Shown one piece after another: positions 13,131-37,660 of a stretch of DNA of 45,564 nucleotides. How positions within the stretch are numbered: position 1 is the stretch's first letter; every line of letters starts with the position of its first letter. Under the pieces are notes generated by a model that made no database searches, was not told the DNA's origin, and saw only the letters and a list, made by a program, of their open reading frames with translations. Origin of the DNA: Cystobasidiomycetes sp. EMM_F5 (taxonomy: Eukaryota); the NCBI GenBank assembly GCA_051047955.1, contig JBPGPT010000060.1, positions 1-45,564 on the forward strand. The letters are read 5' to 3'. The translations under genes and the position numbers were made by a program.

Positions 13131-13830
13131 ATGCCACCGCCTGCCTTCGAGAATGACTACCGTAAAGGCGAGGTCAAGACGGTCAAGGATTGCTGGACGT
13201 GCCGCAAGAATACCGTAATCTGTCTAAGTGAGGAAAGCGAGACGAACAGTGAGCTCATGGATATACTGACGACTGACGCCGCAGTGACTGCAAACTATGC
13301 CTCTGGCGGCGACTTCTTCTACATGTCCGCTTGATTGATTCATACAGACCCGCACTACTGACTATCCTGACGCTGACAACTCTACGTCGCACAGCTGCGC
13401 AAGCCATCTCAAAGACCACAACTTTGCTACTCCTGTAGCGCTAGTCGCTGACTCGCCGTCGAAGCCGGATGGTGTTTCTCAAGCTGACATCGACCAAGCC
13501 ATCAAGGAATATCAAGACCGTCAAAAGAGCAAGGAAAAGGAGAAAGAACCTGGCGATAAAGAAAAGGAAGATGCAACCAGCAAGGAGAAAGATAAAGCTA
13601 CAGGACCGAGCTGGGTGTCTTGGTTGACGTCGAGTGTGTCGACTGCCGTGTCAACGCCGGAGTCCCCAATCACAACTACGCCGCAACCCGAGCCAACGCA
13701 ATTTAAGCTGCACAAGGACTTCTTCGAGATGCGCTTGAGGCTACATCAAAGCAAGATCCAAGCCAAGGAAGCACAGTCGCGTCGGGCTCAGCTTGACTTT
13801 CCGAAAATACCGGCTAAGAAGCCTTCGTGA
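13131..13830 (+). CDS. Vps4-associated protein Vfa1-like (DUF1742)
   Basis: Three exons: MPPPAFENDY...KDCWTCRKNTVICL...DFFYICASHLKDHNFATP, a K/E-rich middle, FKLHKDFFEMR and C-terminal LDFPKIP. This matches my recollection of the family's CxxC...DFFYxCxxHLKDxxF pattern. Confidence 0.72.
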
Positions 13831-14058
13831 TCCGCGTGGACAGATCTCTTCTGTGTATGCGCATTCATGCTGTTCCGACGCCATCGACAATCTCCATGAA
13901 GGCATTACAAATGTCTTACAGAAAAGCAAAGGCGCGCTGGACGGCATTGAGAAACGACAACAAGGGTACTTCAAGCGAGCGAGCACTACACTGTTCTTGC
14001 CACAGAGTTGTCTACTTCGGCCCCAAATCTCACGTATGTATGACGCACACACCAATTC

Positions 14059-18768
<4,710 letters not shown>

Positions 18769-18796
18769 GGTAGTGGCATGGGAGCATCAGACGGTC

Positions 18797-18801
18797 AAAA
18801 A
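18797..18801 (-). terminator. Probable Pol III terminator (T5) for tRNA-Thr
   Basis: First T5 downstream of the tRNA (tcgtctttcTTTTTgacc). An earlier T4 lies at 18845-18848, but the tRNA's own intron contains a T4 that must be read through. Confidence 0.5.
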
Positions 18802-18860
18802 GAAAGACGAATGATGCTGAACACTTCCGTCACACCCAGAAAGCAAAAGAAGAGGCGCAG

Positions 18861-18953
18861 TGCCTGCTAGAGGGGTTGAACCTCTGACCTCCACGTCGCG
18901 ACCGACAAAACCGGCGTACGAGCGCGGCGCTTCTACCACTGAGCCAAGCAGGC
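18861..18953 (-). tRNA. tRNA-Thr(CGT) with a 20-nt intron
   Basis: Minus strand GCCTGCT TG GCTCAGTGGTAGAAGC G CCGCG CT-CGT-A [cgccggttttgtcggtcgcg] A CGTGG AGGTC AGAGG TTCAACC CCTCT AGCAGGC A. It has a 7-bp acceptor stem, A and B boxes, a 5-bp T stem, an intron one base 3' of the anticodon and a 73-nt mature length. Confidence 0.92.
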
Positions 18954-18979
18954 AAAACGGTTGGCGACCGGATTGTACA

Positions 18980-18993
18980 TAAGATATAATATT
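18980..18993 (-). promoter_or_regulatory. TATA-like element about 30-40 nt upstream of the tRNA (likely TFIIIB site)
   Basis: Minus strand aatattatatctta, at the spacing typical of upstream TATA elements of fungal tRNA genes. Confidence 0.45.
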
Positions 18994-19009
18994 CTGCCGA
19001 TTTTGTTAG

Positions 19010-19150
19010 CTGTCTCCTCGTTCCTTTGCTGCTTTTCGCTTGTCAGTGTGCTGTTCCGCCGTTGTTGTCCCTTTCTCCTCCTCTTCTCTTCTCCTCTCTT
19101 GCTCCTTCTCTCTTCTTTCCCTCATCCTATTTTGTCGTCATTCTTACTTT
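19010..19150. repeat. Polypyrimidine/polypurine (CT/GA) low-complexity tract
   Basis: ctttctcctcctcttctcttctcctctcttgctccttctctcttctttccctc on the plus strand. Confidence 0.7.
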
Positions 19151-19438
19151 GAACGGCCTCATACTCATCCACGCAATCCTCCGTAAAATACGCATAAACT
19201 GATCAGTCCGTCGGGCGGAGAATGATGCAGAATTCAGGCAAGGTAGATACCGCAAGCCGTTTCTCATCCACTCCATTCATACTGATCTGATCTGATCTGA
19301 CGTCTGCTACATTCGACGTCTGGACAACGTTTTCAAAACTACGTGACATTCAAGCTGTTCAAAAGGTTTGGCGCATCTGTAACGACCTTTCTTAGATGGA
19401 AAGATCCCACCAAAATATAACGAAATGGGCACTTGCCG

Positions 19439-19808
19439 CTAACTCCGGGAATTTGGCTCAGTATAGCACGCTATGCAAGCCATTGGATACGTCGTCGAAC
19501 AGCCGTGTGACGCATCCCCTGCCATAAGGCCAAAATTGCAGCCGTTCGCAGCTGCACAGTCCATTGATCGGTAACACCCTTGGCCGGTACCATCTGCGAC
19601 TCTGCTAAATGCCTCACGCCAGTATCAGCTTCGGAACACAATTCTGACGACCTCTTATTGCGGGTCCGTACAAGTTGAATTCACCGCAGCTGTCGCAGCC
19701 CGCTACAGGGCAATTAGCCCACGGCACAGCATCTCTGGGTACTATAGCAGCAAGTGCTGTACTGGTGATGCAGAATGCGATTGCGAGATGGTGAAAGATT
19801 TTGTACAT
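19439..19808 (-). CDS. Small secreted Cys-rich peptide, divergent copy D
   Basis: MYKIFHHLAIAFCITSTALAAIVPR-DAVPWANCPVAGCDSCGEFN, an intron (exact donor/acceptor uncertain), then RVADGTGQGCYRSMDCAAANGCNFGLMAGDASHGCSTTYPMACIACYTEPNSRS*. Shares GCDSC, GCY+S..C...N.C and GC...YP..C..C with copies A-C. Confidence 0.78.
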
Positions 19809-20206
19809 GTCCGACGGGTGGTCTGACTGAACAATCTGATTGGAAGACAGGCAAGTCTGCCTAGAGTCAAAACAGTCAAACTTAGGCCTACTTTACGCCG
19901 GATGGCGCCCATTGACAGCCGATCTTGAACACAGAGGGAACAGACGCAGCATCGGAGAAGAGCCGACAGAAGTGAGACACCAATACTACAGCATATCGTA
20001 GCAGGTATTGGGCCTTATTGCGGGGCTGGCTGTATCATCCCGGTCGTAGTCAAGCCAACGCATGCACACTCATTGCGTTCGAGACAAGTTAGGTCAGAGT
20101 ACTTTCTTTAAGCCACTACTACATGTGTTTCGCATTATGAACTATACTTTACTGAGTACTGCTACTGCAAGGAGTGAACAACGACAGAGGCAAAAGAAAT
20201 GCGCTT

Positions 20207-21126
20207 TCACGCCTTGCGCTTGACCGCCTTTGGACGAACCTGCGGCTGAAGGAGCTTCAACAGCTCGTCTGTATCCTCCTCTATGCCCATCTCGTCCACC
20301 AGCCATTCTTTACTCTCTCCCGAGGCATCCAGAACAATCTGACCCATCTCCTTGCCAGCCTTTCTCCTCGTTATCCACACCTTTCTGACCTTTTCAAACT
20401 CGCCATCAACGGCTTTGATGTCTGCGGTGCTGAGCATCATTGAAGGGTTCTCTCTCAGTGCTGTCAAATGCGAGGACTGCTGAGTGATGTCGGCTTGTAG
20501 AGCTTCGATGCGCATGGGAAGGTCATTCGTGGCCGGTGCACTTTCCAAAGCGACAATGTCTGGGATGCTCAAGTCAGCGAGTATTAGGAGAAGAAGCGCA
20601 GACCGACTGACCTTGCTGGACGCTCTTGGAGAGTACGGTAAGTTCCATGATGCGCGCCTTGATCTCGGATACCTGTGTCCGGATGTTTGCCAGTTCCTCC
20701 GAGTCTACGGTTTCTACAGACTGCGCGAATGTTAATTTGGTGTAGTCATACCGAGTATACACCACCCCACCTGCTTTGGTGCGTATATTGCCTGTTTGCC
20801 GTACAGCTTCTCCACAATCTCGCCCTTTGCCGCCAGTGACGCCAGGGCTTTGACGATTGCGGGTTTCGAGATGTTGTGCTTTGCTTTGAGGTTTGCCTGC
20901 AAGTCTGTCGCGTTGTATGGCCTGTTTTGCTTGACGAGATACTGTGCAGCGCTGCAGAATCAGCAACCACACCATATGCGACACTGTCGTCCAGCCTGAC
21001 CTCGAGAATAACGGGCTCAGCCTCGTCGTCCGTGACCTTTTTACCGCCAGCACCACTCGTGCCAGCGCCCCCACCTCCAGCACTGCTCCCAGCGCCTCCC
21101 TTGCTGTCTGCCTTCTTTGGCGGCAT
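20207..21126 (-). CDS. HOP2: Homologous-pairing protein 2 (Hop2/TBPIP/Meu13)
   Basis: Spliced EAEPVILE-YLVKQNRPYNATDLQANLK...KPAIVKALASL...IVEKLYGKQAIY (winged helix), then a coiled coil, KVWITRRK and C-terminal LVDEMGIEED. Confidence 0.85.
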
Positions 21127-21233
21127 CGCTGCTGGCCTTTGCCTGGCTTGTTTACAGAAACGCGTAAAGAAAAGGCGTCGAAAGAATAATTGTAATGGAC
21201 CGTCAAGACTCAGAAGGAGCAGCTAATGGGACA

Positions 21234-23388
21234 ATGTCGAGATTGCAGAAACGCAGGCCGAGTCATGTAGCCGCAGCCAGCTCGTCGTCGTGGAGCTCGC
21301 CGCATCCTCTGCAGGCCAGTGTGGACATCGCAAACCGGTCAAGGACGAGAAAACATGCTGCGAGCTATCACGACCTCTTACGACTCGGTAGGAGTCATTC
21401 GAAACCTTCTTGCTGCCGCAAATCACGCTGATTTGTTCCTCCAGTCGACCTGCCGTCTCAGATTCATGAACCCCTCCTGGGATGGTACGGCTCAAGGGGT
21501 GACCTGCCCTGGCGTAAAGATCTATCCGATGAGCAGATAGCAGCTCTTGCTGATGCGGACAAGGCTCAAAGAGCATATGAAGTGAGTTGGGAGTGGCACA
21601 CTTCGCTCCATCTGATGTACATCATGCAACAGGTGTGGGTATCGGAAATCATGCTGCAACAGACGCAAGTCGCGACTGTGATACCATACTACAACAGATG
21701 GTATGTCGGACCCGACTTGTCAATGTCGATTCGCCGGCTCATTGAGTCCATTTACACACACAGGATGGAAGCATTCCCCACTGTTCAAGTACTAGCAAAA
21801 GCAGATATTGAGGCGGTGAACGGTCTATGGAAGGGCCTCGGCTATTATTCGCGAGCATCGCGACTATTGGAAGGTGGCAAGACTGTCGTCAATACGTATA
21901 AGGGAAAACTGCCTTCCGATCCAGACATTCTCGTAAAAAAGATCGAAGGAATTGGACCATATACTGCAGGAGCAATCGCATCGATAGCCTACGGAGTCAG
22001 AACTCCCACTGTGGACGGCAACGTGAGTCGCATGATTGTTGCTATATCTGTAACAATCGCTTAAACATCCGTGAACCCTTTCAGATACAAAGAGTCATCT
22101 GTCGCCTACTAGCGATACATGCCGATATGAAGAAGAAGGCCACTGATGCATACATTTGGCAAACCGCCAAAGATCTATTGCCAAAGTCGCGCTCAGGGCA
22201 TTGGAAGTAGGTCTTGTTGCTGCCGAAAGAAGCCATGACATCAGAGCACATCGTCATTGCTGACGCACTGTGAGATAGTCAAGCACTAATGGATTTAGGA
22301 GCCACAACATGTATACCCAAAAACCCCAAATGCAAGGAATGTCCGCTGCGGACTGTGTGCATGGCATACGCTGAACAGGTTAGGCCACGTCAAAAGGCCA
22401 AAAAATCTTGTGCAAAAGATATGCTGACATCCATCTCATGTCACTCAGACAAAATATGCTTCTGCCAAACGGCTAGCACAGGCTGTTGACATTGAAGATC
22501 TGGCAATAAAGGGCGACGAGTGCGACTTGTGCCTGCCGCTCGATCCGCCTACTCTCGAACGCGACGTGACAATGTATCCGCTCAAGGTAGTCAAGAAAAA
22601 GTCGCGCGATGAAGACCTAGCCGTTTGCGTTGTCGAGTGGCGGTCGCGTGGCAACGACCAAGCGGAAAAGATTCTGCTTGTCAAGCGGCCGAAGACTGGT
22701 AAGTACCCTATTCGATGCTTCTTTTGCCGTACTTTGAAGCGGAAACCTGATCATTACGCAATGGGTTCTTCAGGTCTTCTAGCTGGCTTGGATGAGTTTC
22801 CTAGCGTGGTCATGCCAGAAAGCGCATCAACACTGTCAGAGCGGAGTTTGAAGTCAGAAGAACTGCTAAAGGAGCTGCTTCACCTTCCCGAGACATTTTC
22901 TCTTGACAGCTCCCGCGACTACATAACGTGTGAAGTCACATCTTTCAAAGATTTTGGCAGCATCAAGCACATTTATTCGCATATAAACGCGACGTTTCAT
23001 TGTCGTCACCTAGTCATATCAGCAATCAGTCCGCCCCGCATTCGAGGCAGTCATGATCGTTGCCGATGGGCTACAAAAGCGGAAATCGAAAAGGCCAATA
23101 TTTCGACAGGTACGATTGGTCGTTTTGGCGTCTTTCGTCGTCTTCCACTGACACTCTGTTGCCACTTTATCCTGAACCGCCAATATGATAGGTGCTGTTA
23201 AAGTCTGGACTTTAATCTCGTCGGGCATACCCGTCAAGCAAGGCAAAGCTAGCAAGCGGAAATCTTTACCGGAAGCGAATGGATCTCGCAAGATTTCGGA
23301 CTTCTTGAGTAGAAAGACTGTGTCTGTGGAAGTCATGCCCTCCCCAAAACGTGCGCGTCGTATCGTAATCGACAGTGATTCGGAGTAA
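21234..23388 (+). CDS. MUTY: A/G-specific adenine DNA glycosylase (MutY/Myh1)
   Basis: [41 protein letters not shown], HhH motif IEGIGPYTAGAIASIAYG, VDGN, WNQALMDLGATTCIPKNPKCKECPLRTVC ([4Fe-4S] motif), NUDIX-like KRPKTG-LLAGLDEFP and IKHIYSHI. Confidence 0.95.
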
Positions 23389-23586
23389 ATAGTGTTATCG
23401 CAGTGCGGCGGCGTTACGCCGGCTTGAGCTATTGCTGATCTAATACCCTACAACATCAAAGATGCTTCTCAATTACTGCTGATACCGTCCCAGTTGAAAT
23501 GCCAAGTCAACGACATCGCTGCTATGAAGTTACTGAATGAGACTGCCAGTGACTGAAGGTCGTAGCAATGTAGTTGTGTCGTGTGG

Positions 23587-32999
<9,413 letters not shown>

Positions 33000-33306
33000 G
33001 GCAGAGATGGGCAGCGAGGGTCATGGATATGGCAGTGCGGTGGTCAGGTATGGTGCATTGTGTCGGTTTGGGCGTATTCCAAGGTGTTCAAGTTGAGGTC
33101 CATTAGTATTCGAGCATATCTCAACAACGCTCTGTAGGAAATCAACGAAAATTGGGCAGTAGGCTATTCACAAGTATGCGAGTGTCCTACAGTGAATCCT
33201 GCTCGAAAACAGGCATATTGCGAGAGTTTCCAGCCAATTTCATTCCATTTCAATCCGTCTATTGATCAAATCCAACTTGGCTCAGCACCATTCGACGACG
33301 ACCAAG

Positions 33307-35323
33307 ATGAACCCCGACACTGACTCTGCGCTCAATGCTCACCGTCTGCGGCCCTACGTCGTCGCACCGTCCCCCGAAGACTTTTTATCGCAGCCCGACG
33401 GCGTGTTTGGGGCTTCGAATAGTTATAATCATATAGCAGCTGCAGCTGCTTCAACCTCGAGCTCTGGGCGGTACACGTCCATCTCCGACATCTACGGAGG
33501 TGTCAACGCCGTCGTCGCTCCCCCGGACGGTCTCCTCCCCGTCCACAACCCTGCAGACACTCTGGGTGATGTCCTCTCCAAGCTCGCTTCAGCCGGGGCA
33601 CTCAGCTTTGCCTCCATCGCCTGCGTGATGCCGTTCGAGGTTGCAAAGACCCTCCTCCAGGTCCAGTGGATCCCGAAAGCTGACGTCGAGTTGCTCAACG
33701 ACGACGACGACCAGGAAGATGTCGATAACGCGTCGCATCTGGAGGAGCACGGCAACGTCTACGACCCAGCAGACAGTCTCGACGACGAGCAGGAAGCGCA
33801 GGCCTACTTTCGCGACCTGACCGAGGGAAACCACTTTGCATGGCAGCGAGAAGACGGACCGCGACAAAACACTCAACGCCGGAGACGATTCCGAGGGCAG
33901 TCGACCGACGAGGCGCACGAAGGTGCCGGAGAACGTCTATCGGCTACAGGCGTGACCCCCTCCGTGACAGTCTCGCGGCCAGCGACCATTCACAGAGACA
34001 CGGCCGGCTACATTGTCCGAAGGAGCATATTTGACCAAGATACAAAGCCAGACTGGATCCTACCGTTCACTGTGACGGGCGGAGTGTGGGACATGATGAA
34101 GGCTGTAGGGAGGTGGAAGCCTGAAGGCTGGCTGTGTCTGTGGAAAGGTGCGATAAAGACTCTCATCTTTGTTGGTCAATCACTTACCATCCCTGACACG
34201 CAATACAGGCCAGCTGACGACGTTTGTCATGGAGACACTCTCCTCTACACTTCAACCATTCCTCTTCTCCGTCCTCGCCGCAGCGTTATTGCGCGACTCT
34301 CACTTCTCCACACTTCCCCTCGTCCACGTTCCTCGACCACTCAAGCCTCTCTTGGTCACCATCACATCCCACGTCCTCTCGTCCCTCATCCTTTCCCCTC
34401 TCGACCTCGTACGAACGCGACTCATCTGCCAATCTGGACAATCACGTCATCGCAAGTACTCTGGGCCCGTTGATGCTCTGCGCAAGATTCACAAAGAAGA
34501 GGGAGGTATACTGTATGGTCTATATGCGCACCCTTCACTCTGCGTCCCTGCTTTGCTAGACTCGCTCGTACGGTCGACGTTTACTCTTGGCATACCCTTG
34601 TTTATCGAGCGGTCGCTGCACGTCAGCCAAGACAACAATCATATTCTGTATGGACTGGCCGAATTGACGTTGGCAACTGCATCTCTAGTCGTCACGCTGC
34701 CGATCGAGACTGCCCGTCGTCGACTCCAGCTCCAGTCGCGTGCATCAGTGACGGGCCAAGCGGGGATAAAGACGTACAAGCCAGCCGTCGAGACGCGACC
34801 AAAGGCATACAGCAATATCGCTGAAGCAGTGTATCGTATACTGACAGAGGAGACGGGTCGACTGCATCTGTACAGCCCAGAGCAGAAACCGAGAAGGCCA
34901 AGCCAGTCGGGCAGAAGACCGAGCATGACAAACGTCAAGGGAGAGCAGCAGAGGCGACCTAGCTTTCTCTCTTCGCGTAGACCGACGGCAGCTGGCTTTG
35001 CGGATCGAAGTTATAGCTTTAGTGCTGAAGGGCAAAGTGGAGATGGATCAGCGGGCACGACGGCAGCGGATCCGCGTAGCGGTCCGACGCTCAATCCATC
35101 GAGTGAGGACACAGGCAGGCTCTCTGTACCCGAGGATGGTCTCACGGAAGGGGCAGAGGGTACTGCGCAACGGCCACTGGAGCCAAGCGAGATGCCTCTC
35201 TTCGCCGGCGTCACCCAACTATATCGCGGCTTTTCCCTCGGAGTCGGCACAAACCTCATTGTGTTTGTGCTTGGTCTAGTAGCGGGTAAGGGCGATGTGT
35301 CGACGGGATGGACAGAGATGTGA
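33307..35323 (+). CDS. UGO1: Mitochondrial fusion protein Ugo1 (degenerate mitochondrial carrier family)
   Basis: N-terminal LRPY motif; MPFEVAKTLLQVQW followed by an acidic loop; GVWDMMK...EGWLCLWKG-QLTT; carrier motifs SPLDLVRTRL and LPIETARRRLQLQ; LYRGFSLG. One intron at about 34148-34209. Confidence 0.8.
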
Positions 35324-35497
35324 CGAGGAGAGCAAGGTGGAGAAGCTTTGATGGTGTAATTATACGGGACTCTGGGACACACGGAGAAGGGGATGTTGTG
35401 TGATTATGGCATTTACCAACACTGCTCAGACACGATTGACATACATCTTGCTTGATGAATTGTGACTTGCACCCCTTTGCTTTCGACCATCCAAACC

Positions 35498-37428
35498 ATG
35501 GGCGAGGCGAGTACCTCTGCAGTGACTGGACGGCGTAGCAGTAAATTCAAGAGTCTCCTGGCGAGGCTGGGCGGGAGCAACAGTGCGAGTGCGACATCGT
35601 CAAAGGCAGGAGCAGGAGGAGCTACAGCAATATCGACGTCGAAAGTGAGCTTTAAAGAGAATAATATGTTTAGGATGAACACGCTGACTGGAGAACGAGC
35701 TAGGGCACCATAATAACCTCCAATGCGACTCCCAAAGCTCATCGCAAGGCAGCGACGAGCAATACAACCCCAGCTCAAGCAGTCAAAGCCCAGGCCAGAG
35801 CTCGTGGCAGCAGAGCCAACGGCAGCAGTGAAGGTTACTCTGATATCGCAGGACAGACTGAAGCTGGACCGTCATCTGCGAGTGCTGCAGCTGAAATGCA
35901 AGCCAAAGCAGCTGCCTTGTCGTCGAATGATGCGCAAAGACGACAGCCAGACGGCAGTGATGCCAACGACGACGACGACGACGACGACGAAGAGCTAGAT
36001 GGAGCTGATGCAGACGCGTCTATACGTCCGCTCACTCCGTCTTCGTTGGTCGCGTCATCGTCGTTTACAGGCAGTACATCCTTGGACTCTCGTGCCCCGA
36101 CGAGCAGGACATTCAAGAGCTTTGTGACGGGGCATAGCAAGACTTCGGGATCCACTAAACCGAAAACACTGGCTTCGGCTTCTGGAGGAGCAGGCGTATC
36201 GACGCATGCAAGAAACACGCCAAACAGTCCACCCCGTCCTGCTCGACTGCTTGCAAACTCTACTGAGCAGCCGGAACCGCATACAAGGAATGGCGCTGCA
36301 ATTCCACTCTCGTCTAATTCTATCCCGTCAGTCGAGATGCACAACAGCAGTTCCAATCGCATCGCTACCAGCATCCACGAATCGCGTGATAATGAGACTG
36401 CGACTGGCCTGCAGACGACAGCGCTGCAGTCCGACCCAACATCCCAACTCCCTACCAGCACAAGCGCACTCAATGAGAGTCCTGCATTACCAAAGTTGGT
36501 CAAGACGTCGAGCCCACTACGCAACAGCTTTACAGGAGATCAAGCGCCTTCTTTGAGCGAAGTTGTGATTGCTGCCGAAGACGTAACTCCACCTCACTTC
36601 AGGCCGAAACGGAGTATGAGCGTGGAGGAGCGATGGGACGAGGAAGGAGAAGGAGAACGTCGGGATAGCGATTCTGTCGTTTTGCCTTCGTCTAGGTCAA
36701 TTACCTTTTCGCATTTACCGCCCCTCACGAATCGACCTGCGTCAGCGAATGGTACTGTAAATACGGCTACATCCGCCGACATGGTTGCGGGTGATACAGA
36801 AGTACCTTCGCACTACCCTCGACATTTTCACCCCGATCCCCGCAACAATCCCCGAGCATCGTCTCCACCTCCAGACAATGCATCTACGCTGACGCTGGCT
36901 AGTTCGACTGGCGGACACGCACAGAGCATCTACCGCGACGCTATGCATGGGGATGAAGGGACATCCACGCCTGTTGTCGGAACACCGGGCATCTATCAGC
37001 ACAGCACATCCTCCCCTGCACCACTCTCTGCCGCCCGGTATCCGAGCTACATGGACGGGCTAAAGTATGCGCACAGCTTCAGGACGGATCGTACCGGAGC
37101 GGCCGAGGACGCGAGCATCCGAGCTCTTGCCCCCTCTCGGAGGGAGAGCATGGACTCGCTCGGCTCAAAGTGGTCGGCGGCTGTACTGAGTGCCAAACCG
37201 CCGTCTGCGAGTGTGGGCGGTGGAGCGGCGAGTACGAGCGCGGGAGAGTATGCTGGGACGTGGGCGTCGACGTCGGGAGATGCGAGTGGAGCGGGAGTGC
37301 CCGAGCACCACAGCTACTCGTCGTCGGAGCGGGGCAAACGGAGAACGCCGAGCACGAAGACGAACGCTACGGCTAGCTCGTCGTACTATGCGAGTGCGAG
37401 TGTGCAGCCGACGGCGGTGGTGGTGTAG
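35498..37428 (+). CDS. Hypothetical Ser/Thr-rich disordered protein
   Basis: ATG at 35498, an intron at about 35645-35703, then a long open frame containing DADASIRPL, PRNNPRASSPPPDNASTLTLASS and EDASIRALAPSRR. Confidence 0.7.
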
Positions 37429-37660
37429 GCGGGGAGTGCTGGAGTGCGAGACGTCGGTGTCGTCTATACTGTTGGTGTATGAGTATGTTGAGTGAAGCTG
37501 CGTTGTCTCATGAGTGGATTCATAATGAAGTGGTTTAAATTGGAGTGCGTCCAATGTATATCTTTGTATATATCTCGTCTATCAATCTTTGATTAGTGCT
37601 CCCTTTCCTTTCGACCACTGAAACACCAAACACCAAACCCAACTCGCAACTCCTCTCGAC

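Noticed and set aside
18961..19152. Hydrophobic 63-aa ORF resembling a membrane peptide
   Set aside because: TTG start; it is simply the translation of the CT-rich tract.
35965..35990. (GAC)n trinucleotide run
   Set aside because: An ordinary poly-Asp coding tract within the hypothetical protein.
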